Source: Octopus sinensis
Lineage: Eukaryota
DNA length: 64,000 nucleotides
Reading direction: 5' to 3'
Assembly: GCF_006345805.1 (NCBI RefSeq)
Contig: NC_043007.1
Span: 21,452,001 to 21,516,000 of the forward strand
In this document: positions 23,055 to 35,955 of the stretch, one piece after another
How positions within the stretch are numbered: position 1 is the first letter of the stretch
Layout of the letters: each line of letters starts with the position of its first letter
Notes under the pieces: model-generated
The model's database searches: none
Seen by the model: the letters and a program-made list of their open reading frames with translations, nothing else
Told to the model about the DNA's origin: nothing
Made by a program: the position numbers and the translations under genes

Positions 23055-23554
23055 TATACGGTGGGCTTCTTTCAGTTTCTGTCTACCAAATCCACTCAAA
23101 AGGCTTTGGTCAGACAAAGTCTATAGTAGAAGGCACTTGCCCAAGGTGCCATGCAGTGGGAATGAACCCGGAACCATGTGGTTGGTAAGCAAGCTACTTA
23201 CCACATAGCCACTCCTGTGCCGAATATTCTTGTTTTCCATTTATATTTTAGACAGTTTCAAGCTGCAGCGGGTTCTATTTCTCAAAAGTTCCCTCAGTTC
23301 CCTGTTTGCATCTGAAAATTAATACAGTTTATATAAAAAAAAAAAAAAAAAGAACAATAAAACATCCCCAGAAACGTTGCCATTGTCATCTTTAGTATTC
23401 CATCACCATTGTTTCAAGTCAGCATTGTTCTTAGTTTCTTTGTTTCTGCCATCAGCATCATTATTATCATTGTCATCATCTTATTCCACATCCACTTGCT
23501 AAATCTGCTCTGTAACATCTGTTACTGTATAGTAAATATCAAGAGATGTTTTAA

Positions 23555-23775
23555 CCCTTTCGTTACTGTATTTATTTTGAGATGCTCTGTGTTTCTTTCC
23601 ATTAATTTTAAATATAACAAAGAGTTTAGCAAAATAACTTAGTTATCATTCAGCTAGTGTTAGGAGCATAAATTGTGACTAAAGTTTGGTGGAAGATTTT
23701 AATTCAAAACTTATGAAAACAAGACATTTGTTCTACAAAGCCAGAGCTGGTTTCAGCCGGGTTGGTAACGAAAGG
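23555..23775 (+). mobile_element. piggyBac-type MITE family D, solo copy
   Basis: TTAA|CCCTTTCGTTAC...GTAACGAAAGG|TTAA, about 220 bp. Confidence 0.9.
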
Positions 23776-26307
23776 TTAATTCTATATACATCAATGCATA
23801 TGTGTTCCAAATGAAGGTGTTTGAATAAGGTCATTATCATCATCATCATCATCATCATTGTTGTCGTCGTCATCATCATCGTCATCATCAGCATTCTTTC
23901 TACATCCATATTTTTTTCTCCATTATAACCAATATATTTTATTGTAACACCAGCACTAGAGGGGCTCTCTACAGTAAGGCTAATTCTGTATTAGTTTTTA
24001 TTTGGAGCAACTGCCGTCCAAGATGGTTTTCTTCAGGGTTGTGGAGTTGGGGTTCAGTGCCAGTGTTGGAAGGAGTCATTGGGTTACTGGAATTCATCAT
24101 CATCATCATCGTTTAATGTCCGCTTTCCATGCTAGCATGGGTTGGACGGTTCGACCAGGATCTGGGAAGCCAGAAGGCTGCACCAGGCTCCAGTCTGATC
24201 TGGCAGTGTTTCTACAGCTGGATGCCCTTCCTAACGCCAACCACTCCATGAGTGTAGTGGGTGCTTTTTATGTGCCAGACGAGGCTGGCAATGGCCCACG
24301 ATCGGATGGTGCTTTTTACATGCCACCGGCATGGGGGCCAGGCAAGGCTGGCAATCGGCCACGATCGGATGGTGCTTTTTACGTGCCACCGGTACAGGTG
24401 CCAGACAAGGCCGGGAGCAGCCACGATTGGATGGTGCTTTTTACGTGTCACCATCCGGATAAAAATGTTCCCAATCTGATTCTGATTAAATGTAAATTGT
24501 AACATAATCTCTTAAAATTTCAAACAATGTTTTCATCGCAAAAAGAAATATTTCCGTGTTTAATTGAGTTTTTTTCTCTCTTAAAATGGTTGTTTCTAAA
24601 TTTGCTTTAGGTGGTTCACTGTTTTGGTTTTAATGCGAATAATGTACTTCAGATTTTTTTAATTGCTAACAATGTTTCTGGTTTTCTTTTATAGTTTCTT
24701 TTACAGTTTATTTCTTTTATATCTTTTTATTTTTTTTTTAGCCTTTAGATAAAAAAAAAACAACCTCTTTTAAAAAATTTTCAGAGTTTTGTTTTATGCT
24801 TATTTATTTGTAACTTCTTTAATCATGATCATCATTTAACATCCATGTTCTGTGCTAACATGGTTTGGATGGTTTAACACGATCCAATGAGTCCAAGAAC
24901 TACATGTTCCATGTGGCATGGTTTCTACAGTTACTTATTTACTCTTTTACTTGTTTCACTCATTTGACTGCGGCCATGCTGGAGCACCACCTTTAGTCAA
25001 AGAAATCGACCCCTTGATTTATTCTTTGTAAGCCTAGTACTTATTCTATCAATCTCTTTTGCTGAACCACTAAGTTACGGGGACGTAAACACACCATCAT
25101 TGGTTGTCAAGCAATGTTGGGGGACAAACACAGACACACAAACATATACACACACATATATATACATATGGAGGGGGTGGAATTGGTAAGTGATAGAAAA
25201 AGTGGTGATGAGGTGTCAAAGTGGCCGGAGCAATGAGGTGTCGGGTACAAGGTGGGTAGGATGGGGCTGAGGTACCAGGAGCGAGTTGGGGGTAGTAAGA
25301 GCCAGCTGATTGTAGTGCAGGGGAGCAGCAGATTACAAGCGATGATACAGTAAGCGGGAGAAGGACAAAAGATGACATGCTATTGGGTATGTTGCGGGGG
25401 AGTGGATGGGGAAGAGAGAGGCAGGAGCAGTATGTGAGGAGAGTGACACATATGGTGGAGGGAAGGAGAAATGATTTCATGGCAAAGTAGGAGTGGGTGA
25501 TCAATGACAGTTTGGATGAATAATAATGAAAAGAGCCACAACTTATTACAGGTTAGGGTGCTAAAAAGGAATATGATGATTCACGTTGGCCATGTGTTAT
25601 TGTGTGAGCTTTCTCTCAAAAGAAATATGAATCTAATTATGAATAGATGAGTCACTGTTGATGGTACCATGGAGTGATTAGTTGAAGTTTGAGCTTTTGT
25701 GTACCAACTTCACAACCCTAGTTTCTCTGTGATGCGGAGTGGCGTGTCCACAGCACCATCATTCCTTCTTTCCTTTTATGATTATCATTTAATGCCAGCT
25801 GCATATCAGGGAGAAATTACAAATATTATATATGTGTATATATATGTATGTATGTGTGTTTATATATATATATATATGTATATATGTGTGTATGTGTATA
25901 TATGTGTGTGTTTTCTTTTACTTGTTTCAGTCATTTGACTGCGGCCATGCTGGAGCACCGCCTTTAGTCGAACTAATTGACCCCAGGACTTATTCTTTGC
26001 ATGCCTAGTACTTATTCTATTGATTTTTTTTTTTTGCTGAACCGTTAAGTTACGAGGATGTAAATGTACCAATATCAGCTGTCAAGCGATGGTGGGGGCA
26101 CAAACACAGACACACAAATATATACACACATAAATTTATATTATATATATATGTACAAAATAATAAATAAAACGTATATAATTCGTATATATACATGTAC
26201 TTACTATTTTGTACATTACAATCATTGGTATATGTTTTTATCTTATATTTAATTTTTTTATTGTTGAATTGATAAAAGGTGGTTAACCATTATGCCATAT
26301 GCCCATA

Positions 26308-26353
26308 GACACCTGAAGAAGGCTGGAGGGTATATCAGCTGAAACGTTGTGTT
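26308..26353 (+). ncRNA. Minimal hammerhead ribozyme motif (PLE-type)
   Basis: GACAC-CTGAAGA-A-GGCTG-GAGGGTATAT-CAGCT-GAAA-CG-TT-GTGTT: intact cores, stem II with one G-U pair, palindromic stem III ACGT. Confidence 0.75.
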
Positions 26354-26398
26354 AACAACAAACAAATGAGGACAAATATCTGTCAAATGTAAAGAAGC

Positions 26399-26440
<42 letters not shown>

Positions 26441-26445
<5 letters not shown>

Positions 26446-26664
26446 CATTCAAAATGTGACCGCGTGTGTACCGTTGGCAATTTTTTTTCCTCTGTCTTCC
26501 CTTCTCTGGATCTTTCCTTCTCCTATGTTTCCGATGAAGAGCTCTGCTCGAAACGTTAAACCCTCCTTCTTCCCTTCCTTCCTGAGCGTCCAATAATACT
26601 ATATTTGTTCCACGTCCTCGCGTTGCTGTGTTTTCTCTTTGTGTTTTCATGTTTAGATTAACTA
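26441..26664 (+). mobile_element. Solo Penelope-like terminal repeat inserted in (TA)n; hammerhead motif at 26527-26561
   Basis: GTTT-CCGATGA-A-GAGC-TCT-GCTC-GAAA-CG-TT-AAAC. A second copy lies at about 40898-41107, also (TA)n-flanked. Confidence 0.75.
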
Positions 26665-27206
26665 TATATATATATATATATATATGATGGGCTTCTTTCA
26701 GTTTCTATCTGTTAAATCCACTCCTAAGACTTTGGTTTCTCTTATGGTTATTGTAAAAAACACTTGCTCATGGTGCCTTGCAGTGGGACTGAACCTGGAC
26801 CCTTATGGTTGGGAAGCAAACTTCTTAACCGCACAGCTATGCCTGGTTGTGGAATGCAGACCTTTATCCTTTCTGTGGTTAAGTCGGCACCCTGGTGATT
26901 CTAGTGGGATAATACAGCTCTGACACTATTGTATATGGACTGAAATACAATGCCACAATAGGAAATATTACTTAGCAACACCCAACTAAAATTAGCAACC
27001 AAATCCATGAGGACACTCGCTTCTTATACATAAGCATGTGACTGTTCCATAAATATTAACTATTGTATTATAAAATCAGTCTTACTTGAAGGAAGCCGAA
27101 TTGGAAAATGCCAGGACATAAATTGTAGGATCCAGACAAGTCGTTTTTGATTAGATTTGCATTAATTAAAAGTCAACTTCTACTAGCAAGCTAATTTGTT
27201 AAAATA

Positions 27207-27760
27207 GCGCAGGAGTGGCTGTGTGGTAAGTAGCTTGCTAACCAACCACATGGTTCCGGGTTCAGTCCCACTGCGTGGCATCTTGGGCAAGTGTCTTCTG
27301 CTATAGCCCTGGGCCGACCAATGCCTTGTGAGTGGATTTGGTAGACAGAAACTAAAAGAAGCCCGTTGTGGCTGTGTGGTAAGTAGCTTGCTAACCAACC
27401 ACATGGTTCCGGGTTCAGTCCCACTGCGTGGCATCTTGGGCAAGTGTCTTCTGCTATAGCCCCGGGCCGACCAATGCCTTGTGAGTAGATTTGGCAGACG
27501 GAAACTGAAAGAAGCCTGTCGTATATATGTATGTATATATATATATATGTGTGTTTGTGTGTCTGTGTTTGTCCCCCCTAGCATTGCTTGACAACCGATG
27601 CTGGTGTGTTTACGTCCCCGTCACTTAGCGGTTCGGCAAAAAGAGACCGATAGAATAAGTACTGGGCTTACAAAGAATAAGTCCCGGGGTCGATTTGCTC
27701 GACTAAAGGCGGTGCTCCAGCATGGCCGCAGTCAAATGACTGAAACAAGTAAAAGAGTAA
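27207..27760 (+). mobile_element. Young SINE A with a duplicated head, flanked by direct repeats of about 200 bp
   Basis: The head starts at 27207 and again at 27368. It shares diagnostic variants (GCTAACCAACC, GGCATCTTGG, CCAATGCC) with 28265-28688. Confidence 0.9.
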
Positions 27761-28264
27761 ATCCAAAAGGACACCCTCTTCATATAACTAAATATGTGAC
27801 TGTTCCATAAATATTAACTATTGTATTATAAAATTAGTCTTACTTGAAGGAAACCGAATTGGAAAATGCCAGGACATAAATTCTAGGATCCAGACAAGTC
27901 GTTTTTGATTAGATTTGCATTAATTAAAAGTCAACTTCTACTAGCAAGCTAATTTGTTTCTCTTCATAGTCGTTAGAAATGTTTTTAATTATCACAAGAT
28001 TTTTGGTTTGAATAACTATTTTAGATGGTGGAAAGAATCCATTGTCTGAAAGGAAATCGAAAAATAAATAGAAGAGAATGAGGATGGTAGTGGTGGTGGT
28101 GGATTTTTCATCTGAAATCTCTGCTTACCATTCTCTTGTTTCCTTGTTTTAAGTACAAACTTATTGCTTCTTGGATTTCATTGCTGCTGGATTGTAAAAA
28201 CAGAGAAACATCTCCGGAGAAATTTTTTGTAGTGATGAGAGAAAGACAAGTAAAATCAACAAGA

Positions 28265-28688
28265 GGCGCAGGAGTGGCTGTGTGGTAAGTAGCTTGCTAA
28301 CCAACCACATGGTTCCGGGTTCAGTCCCACTGCGTGGCATCTTGGGCAAGTGTCTTCTGCTATAGCCCCGGGCCAACCAATGCCTTGTGAGTGGATTTGG
28401 TAGACGGAAACTGAAAGAAGCCTGTCGTATATATGTATATATATATATATATGTATGTGTGTGTATGTGTTTGTGTGTCTGTGTTTGTCCCCCTAACATT
28501 GCTTGACAACCGATGCTGGCTGGTATATTTACGTCCCCGTCACTTAGCGGTTCGGCAAAAGAGACCGATAGAATAAGTACTGGGCTTACAAAGAATAAGT
28601 CCCGGGGTCGATTTGCTCGACTAAAGGCGGTGCTCCAGCATGGCCGCAGTCAAATGACTGAAACAAGTAAAAGAGTAAAAGAGTAAGA
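28265..28688 (+). mobile_element. Young SINE A, full length
   Basis: Candidate TSD AAAATCAACAAGA at 28252-28264 and 28703-28715. Confidence 0.9.
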
Positions 28689-29388
28689 GATATATTTAAA
28701 TAAAAATCAACAAGAATTATGGAAGAATTTCTGGTCTTTTGGGTGTTTTATATATTTCATTTTTTTTTTAAAAGGAAAATGAAATTGGTATTATATTTTC
28801 TGTTCTATCATAGGTTGGTAATTCAGTTCCACAGATTTTGACATATATGAATTATTGAAGCAAATATTTTTGTAGTTGATAGGGTTTTCTTGTTAAAATT
28901 TATGAACTTGAACAGAGCGATGCTAGTGTTTCGTATTTCTTTATTGCTCACAAGGGGACAAACAAGGACAGACAAAGAGATTAAGTCGATTACATTGACC
29001 CCAGTGCATAACTGGTACTTAATTTATCGACCCTGAAAGGATGAAAGGCAAAGTTGACCTCGGCAGAATTTGAACTCAGAACGTAACGGCAAACGAAATA
29101 CCGCTAAGCATGTCACCCGGTGTGCTAACGTTTCTTATTTCTTTATTGCTCACAAGGGGCTAAACATAGAAGGGACAAACAAGGACAAACAGATTAAGTC
29201 GATTATATCGACCCCAGTGCGTAACCGGTACTTAATTTATCGACCCTGAAAGGATGAAAAGCAAGGTCGACCTCGGCGGAATTTGAACCAGGCTTAAAAA
29301 TGAGTACTGGGGTTGGTTCTTTTATCAAAAACCCTTCATTGGCTGCAGTCCAATGACTGAAACAAGTAAAAGGTAAAAGATATATATA

Positions 29389-29692
29389 TTGTTTGTTCCT
29401 TCTTGTGCCACGCCCGGGTCACAAGGACCGGTTTCCTGGTTTCCTTGACATATAGGTTCCCCACTTGGATGGAACGCCGGTCCTTCACAGGTGAGCTGCA
29501 AGATGCAGGAGGAAAGAATGAGAGAAAGTTTTGGCGAAAGAGCCAGCAGAAGTTCGCTATTACCTTCTGCCGGGGCTGCGTGGAGCTTAGGTGTTTCGCT
29601 CATAAACACACACATTGCCTGGTCTGAGATTCGAACCCGCGATTCCTCGACCGCAAGTCCGCTGCTCTAACTACTAGGCCATGTGCCTCCAC
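29389..29692 (-). mobile_element. SINE family G (tRNA-like head, possibly Arg-derived), full length
   Basis: Minus strand GTGGAGGCACATGGCCTAGTAGTTAGAGCAGCGGAC...GGGTTCGAATCTC. A second copy at 35048-35337 has the 12-bp TSD TTTGCTACTGGT. Confidence 0.88.
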
Positions 29693-29885
29693 ACACACAT
29701 ATATATATATATATATTATGGATGCAGGCTTAGTTGTTAGGGGTGCTTGTCTCCCCTTTGTAAACATAAGGACACAGGAAATGCATCAAGGCCGACAGGA
29801 AGCGTCGATGCTTCCTAGGGCTAAATAGCCGGTCTCTCTCTCTCTCTCTCGACAGGAAGCGTCGATGCTTCCTAGGGCTAAATTC

Positions 29886-29926
<41 letters not shown>

Positions 29927-30517
29927 CATGGGTTATATATATATATATATATAACCCATGCAAGCATGGATGACAGATGTTAGATGGTGATATATATATA
30001 TATATATTTTTCAGTTTCCATCTACAAAATTCACTCACAGACTTTTGATTGATTTGTGGCTATCGTGGTAGAAGGCACTTGCCCAAAATGCCACATAGTG
30101 GTAATGACCCCAAAACCATATGATTGGGGAGCAAACATCTTAACCACCACCACAACAGCCACACTTGTGAACCAGTCGTGGTACTTATTGACAGAAATAT
30201 CTGGGGTAATGTCTTTTGGTTGCATTTGTGTTCCTGAGTAAAGCTTCAAACAAGTCAGCCACGAAAATATGAATAATTGACAATATTAATTGGAAATACA
30301 ATCTGGATTAACCACTTAGGGATGCAAGTATGCTGACTGTTTGCTTCTTATCGAGATTTATGAGGAGAAAATTGGAATGTTGGAGTTTTATTGTTTTTCC
30401 CAACGGCTTTAACAGTGAATCTGACTTGGTATAGTTTTATTTGGGATTCAAAACAAAGTCAGGTTATGAATACAACCTGATGGCAACTTCAAGCTTATTA
30501 TTATTCAATTATTCATA

Positions 30518-30680
30518 AGCTTCACTTTATGGAAGTCCAGAAGCAGAAGATATCTGGTCATCTCTACTTGACTGATGCTGATTATGCTGACGACAGTGCT
30601 CTTCACAGACAGCACAAAAGATGCTGAACATTTACTCCATCTCTTCCTGGAAAAGCCTATATATCAATTAGCTTGTATCA
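30518..30680 (+). mobile_element. RTE-group LINE reverse transcriptase fragment containing the YADD motif
   Basis: SFTLWKSRSRRY / YLTDADYADDSAL / FTDSTKDAEHLLHL across frameshifts. YADD is encoded at 30583-30594. Confidence 0.75.
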
Positions 30681-31403
30681 TTACTTGATATAGGCTTTCA
30701 GTGTGCCCTACAACTCAACATCCACAAACCCAGACACCCCAAACTAAAGAAGGATTTACAACCAAAAGCCCTACCATACTTCTCCACACACAACCTCCCT
30801 AACAATGAAGCCTTCGACACCATCCTCTGAACTACTAAAAAAGTGCCACAGAAAGAATTTAATCCTCCAAACACACACCTTCATAAAGAACAAAAGACAA
30901 CCCAAATCTATGAAAAATCTCCTAACACAAGCCCGAGTACACTCAGCAATAACACTGAAGCCATCAGTAAAAATAATGCGTAAGACCTAACTGGTATATG
31001 TGTCAACCTAATTAAGGAATCAGAGTTCTCTTTCAAACCAGGTCAACGTTTTACAGTGAAAAACAACTTTACATGTGTTTTGGAAAACCTAATATATGTA
31101 TTAAGTTGCTTAGGGTGTCGAGAGCAATACATAGGCCGAACCAAAAACAGTTTACATCGAAGGATGACTCTACACACATCCCAGATCAAAATTCAGGAAT
31201 ACAGAAAAACAGCATTTAGTGAGCACATCGACATTTGCGCCACTAATGAACAACCCAGCTTCAGAATTTTCTCCCTCTATAAATTCAGGGATGATGCAAC
31301 CTGTAGTCAGCGCATTAATATAGAGTCATATATTATCACAAAATATAAACCCGTTTTGAATGTGTCCACCACAAATGACACTGCTACAAGGGCTTTAGAA
31401 TAA
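30681..31403 (+). mobile_element. Penelope-like element 3' coding region: RT-distal linker plus GIY-YIG endonuclease (decayed)
   Basis: LLDIGFQCALQLNI...LPYFSTHNLPNNEAF, then KRQPKSMKNLL, then FTCVLENLIYVLSCLGCREQYIGRTKNSLHRRMTLH...FSEH...RINIESYIITKYKPVLN (IY, YIG, R, E and LN motifs). Confidence 0.88.
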
Positions 31404-32368
31404 TTCCCACGCAATTATTAAAAATGATATATTCAGAACAATCACTACTATTATAATCGCAACAGGTCACATTTAGATCACTTGACCATTTAAGAGGATT
31501 CCACCAACATCCTTCTACTGTCATACCGTTCCCGTATTCTTCTTTACTGCCTCCTTCCTTGGCTACTGCTGCTTAAACAATCAAAATCAAGAACTTAGAT
31601 CAAATATTCTTTTAGGACTGCTAGCCAGAGAGCTGACCAGGCTCCAGTTTGATTTGGTTTGATTTCTATGGCTGGATGCCCTTCCTAATGCATTTATACA
31701 TACATACATGCACATACACAACCGACTTCTTTGAGTTTCTTTTTTCCAAATTCATTAGCAATGCATTGGTTGACTAAGGGCTATGGTAGTAAATGTCCAA
31801 GGTGCTCTGCAGTAGGACTGAACCTGAGACCATACGATTATAAAGCGAGCTCCTTAGCCACGCAGCCATGCCTGTGCCAATGCATAAAAAACTCTACTCC
31901 TAATTAAATTTGCTACTCTCACAATGTTTAACAGTGGTCAGTTCTAATGAGAAGCCATTGAAGTTCACAAGACTTTCACTTTAGTTTAATCGTTAACGAT
32001 GTCCTTTGGGTAGTAATTTTATTTCTTCACTAATTATTATAATGTTTAAAAGAAGAGAAAAACTCTTTTAAGTAACTTTGTTGCTTTTTTTTATTTAAAT
32101 ATGTTTGTATTTGTTTCTTATTTTCCTTTATTTTTTAGTTTGTTTTTACTGATTTACTGTTAGTCTTCATATCTGGTTTGTTTTCATTATTCTCTTTTTT
32201 ATAGTCTTTTCTGGGTTTTTTTTATATAAATTTTTCTTCTCATTTTATCTTCTTTTCATTATCCACTTTCTTTTTCATCACCCTTATCATTGATAGATTT
32301 TTTTGTTTCTCTCCCTCATATACATACATACATATATATACATATACATACATGCATATATATACATA

Positions 32369-32399
<31 letters not shown>

Positions 32400-32539
32400 G
32401 GTAGTTGTCTACTCCTTATGCAGGGTTTGACCACCTCCTGTACCTACACCTTAGAACCATCATGGCATCTGATGTGGCTTTTCAAACCAGGCAATGTTCT
32501 GAAAAGACACCTTCATAGATTACACTTTCAATATACACA

Positions 32540-32611
<72 letters not shown>

Positions 32612-32729
32612 GCATACATGCATACATACATACATACATACATACATACTACATACATACATACACACATATATATATATATATATAATCTCCAATATTT
32701 TTGCTCCTTTTTTATACATTTTTATATTT

Positions 32730-32776
<47 letters not shown>

Positions 32777-32885
32777 GCATATATACATATATATAAGAAA
32801 CAAATGTGTGTGTGTGTGTAAATATATATATATATATATATATTCAAGATAATGCTATGCCACTTCATAACAGTCCTTATTGTTC

Positions 32886-32926
<41 letters not shown>

Positions 32927-33950
32927 TAGATAAATAGATAGATAGATATCACTGATTTGATATTTCTTTTTGTTGTTTTTGGCATCAGTCTGCTGATAAG
33001 CATTTCAACAACTTCAGATATTTACGTTAATTGGAGGAACAAATATGATGACAGATACATAAAGAGTTCTTCCTCCTCATCATCATAAGTATTGTCGTTG
33101 TCGTTATCATCATCATCATCATCATCATCATCCATGTTCCATGCTATAGTGAGTTGGATGGCTTGACAGGATGTGATGGGTTTTTAAGGACTGAATTGTG
33201 CTCTGCTGTCCGCTTTGGCGTGGTTTCTGCAGTTGGATGCACTTCCTAATGCCAATCATTTTACACCGTGTATTGGATTCTTTTTAAGTGCCGCCAGCAC
33301 TAGTGAGGTTACTAGGCTGCTGCTCACAAGGTTATGAACCCCCAAGGGAGAGTGAGTCCTCTTTATTCCAGGGAATTAGGAGTTAAATTATATAAATGTG
33401 CTTGTGGTGATTGGTGGGGCAGATGGAAACTTGTTCTTGTAGAAGAGCTGTGTGGTTACTCACATTTAGCAGTGGAGGGAGAGATTAATCAGTATGAGCT
33501 GCAAAGAGTTCGTTAAGATGAAGTGTCCAGGTGGCCCTTCAAGGCAAGAGGTGAGTAGAAATGGGTTGGTGGGTGGGTGGATGGTTGTAAGATTGTAGGG
33601 GGGGGCAGGAGATGAGGGAATTGGTCTGGGAGGGGGGAGGTAGCCTGCATCTGTGAAGATTGGGTAGGGTTGAAGTGGGATGGCTGATGAGTCATGAATT
33701 GGAGAAGATACAGGGATGCAGAAGAGAGGTGTGGAGGCAGAGACAGGATAGTTAATGATGATACAGTTGACATGAGGAGGATGAGAAAAAGAGAGAGAAA
33801 GAAAGAGAGAGAGAGAGAGTGATGATAAGCTTAAAATAAATAAATGAATAAAAAAGTTTCGAAAAGCCAGGCCGTCTGATAACAAAAGATAAGACAGTCT
33901 GTCAGACAGACATTGAACTCAGTTTGACAGTAGCCAAGCAAATGGTTTAA

Positions 33951-34533
33951 CCCTTTGGTTACTGTATTTCTGTTGAGATGCTCTGTGTTTCTTTCAATTA
34001 ATTTTAAATATAACAAAGAATTTAGTAAAATAACTTTGTTATCATTCAGCTGGTGTTAGGAACATAAATTGTGACTAAGGTTTGGTGGAAGATTTTAATT
34101 CAAAACTTATGAAAACAAGACATTTGTACTACAGAGCCAGAGCTGGTTTCAGCCGGGTTGGTAATGAAAGGGTTAAACGCACCTCTACATTTGGGCAGAT
34201 GCACATTAAAAGCAATTGGAAGAGTGTGGATTGAAGGAAATTTAGACTATTATTTCTAGCATATAGAGTGACCACATTGAGGTCTCCTCTTATCTCTTCT
34301 GCTGATTCTTAACCCTTTCGTTACCATATTTCTGTTGAGATGCTCTGTGTTTCTTTCAATTACTTTAAATATAACAAAGAATTTAGTAAAATAACTTAGT
34401 TATCATTCAGCTAGTGTTAGGAACATAAATTGTGACTAAGGTTTGGTGGAAGATTTTAATTCAAAACTTATGAAAACAAAACATTTGTACTACAGAGCCA
34501 GGGGCGGTTTCAGCTGGGTTGGTATTGAAAGGG
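33951..34533 (+). mobile_element. Composite unit: MITE D, 132-bp spacer, MITE D (copy 1)
   Basis: MITEs at 33951-34172 and 34313-34533, each TTAA-flanked. The spacer is homologous to 42709-42838. Confidence 0.88.
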
Positions 34534-35655
34534 TTAAAGACTATTAATTAGTAAACGAATGCTTCACTAAACCTTTAAAAAAATTTTCTTTTGAGCAGTT
34601 TAGGATGTATGTGTGCACTGTCTTAATGTGAAATATTAACCCTTTTCGTACCAACCTGTCTGAAACAGCTCCTTGTTTCTATGATGTAAACTTCCTGTTC
34701 TAAATTAAAACCTGTCATCAAAATTTCATGTTAATTTAGTTCAGACACCATCTTAAAACTGTTTTGATAATGACAGTTATTTTCCTATATTCTTCATTAT
34801 TTTAAAAACTATTTGAAGGAAAGATATTGCATGTCTACTGAAATATAACAAATCTGAGATTAGCAAATGTTTGAAGCTGAATTTTGTCTGGCTGTGAAGA
34901 GAAAATTTGTTTGGGTTGTGTTGACATGAATGGACAGCTGAGACTGAAGGCAAAGAATGTGGTGAGTGATGAGTGAGTTGGATAATGAGTAAAGAAGATG
35001 TAGGAAAACTTTCTTGATGTGTTGCATCTGTTATTTTTGCTACTGGTTGTTGTTTGTTCCTTCTCGAGCCACACCTGGCTCATAAGGACAAGTTTCCTGG
35101 TTTCATTGGCGTATAGGTTCCCCACCTGGATGGGACGCTGGTCCATCACAGGTGAGGAAAAAGTGAGAGGAAGTTATGGTGAAAGAGTCAGCAGAAGTTT
35201 GCCATCGCCTTCTGCCGGAGCCACATGGAATTTAGGTGTTTCATTCACAAACACACATATCGTCCAGTCTGAGATTCGAACCCGTGATCCCTCGATCGCA
35301 AGTCTGCTGCTCTAACCACTACGCCATGTGCCTCCACTTTGCTACTGGTGATGAGTCTAAATTGTTTTGCTATTGCATGATACCAAACAGAGATTCCAGA
35401 AGGTCTCTGTTCTTGAAGGATGTGTCTGGTTGATAAGGAGGCCTTGTGACTGCATGAGACTGTGTTGGATGGTGACATCTTTGTGTGAGTGTGTATATGC
35501 ATGTGTGTGTAGGTGTGTGTGTTTGCGTGTGTAATAAACGTGTGTGAGTGTTGGAAAACAGTGAATTCTTTAGACTTCGACTTGTATTTGACCAATACTG
35601 TGGATGCTTTCAGGAACGATAATCATTTACTAAATTTCTAAAAATATTAATATTT

Positions 35656-35955
35656 CGATTTTGGATTTGGTTTGCAAGATTCTTTATATGAGTTCGTGTA
35701 TTGAAGCATATTCTGTTGTGTCTGGGGAGAGTCATTTTCTTTTTGTGCCTTATAATGTAACATACTCACCGGTAAAATTTCCACTTATTTCAATAGTCTT
35801 GACTCTTGTCAATACTCTTGAGTCAAGACTATTGAAATGGTTGCAAGACGCAACGAAAATTTTAGGAAAATAAAAATAAGAAAAAAGTGGAAATTTACCG
35901 GTGAGTGTGTTACATTATAAGGCACAAAAAGAAAATGACTCTCCCCAGACACAAC
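35656..35955. mobile_element. Foldback element with a TSD, probably Penelope-derived
   Basis: Arms 35715-35786 and 35885-35955; inner hairpin 35788-35837. TAAAAATATTAA(T/A)ATTT is duplicated at 35639-35655 and 35956-35972. Confidence 0.75.

Larger units (their letters stand above)
25912..26845 (-). mobile_element. SINE A split at its central microsatellite by two hammerhead-bearing insertions
   Basis: The tail half lies at 25912-26130 and the head half at 26684-26845, in the same orientation and correct order. Unrelated elements embedded in (TA)n lie between them. Confidence 0.75.

Noticed and set aside
25170-25520. G-rich tracts here and at 33520-33800 giving Pro-rich minus-strand ORFs
   Set aside because: Compositional bias only. 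They are probably decayed retroelement sequence, with no recognisable motif.
29610-29692. tRNA gene
   Set aside because: The tRNA-like sequence runs straight into a SINE body and tail, and the sister copy at 35048-35337 has a TSD. It is a SINE head.
31056-31403. Host GIY-YIG nuclease gene
   Set aside because: It has no ATG start (the track uses GTG), and it is preceded by frameshifted, stop-containing PLE linker sequence, so it is a retroelement relic.
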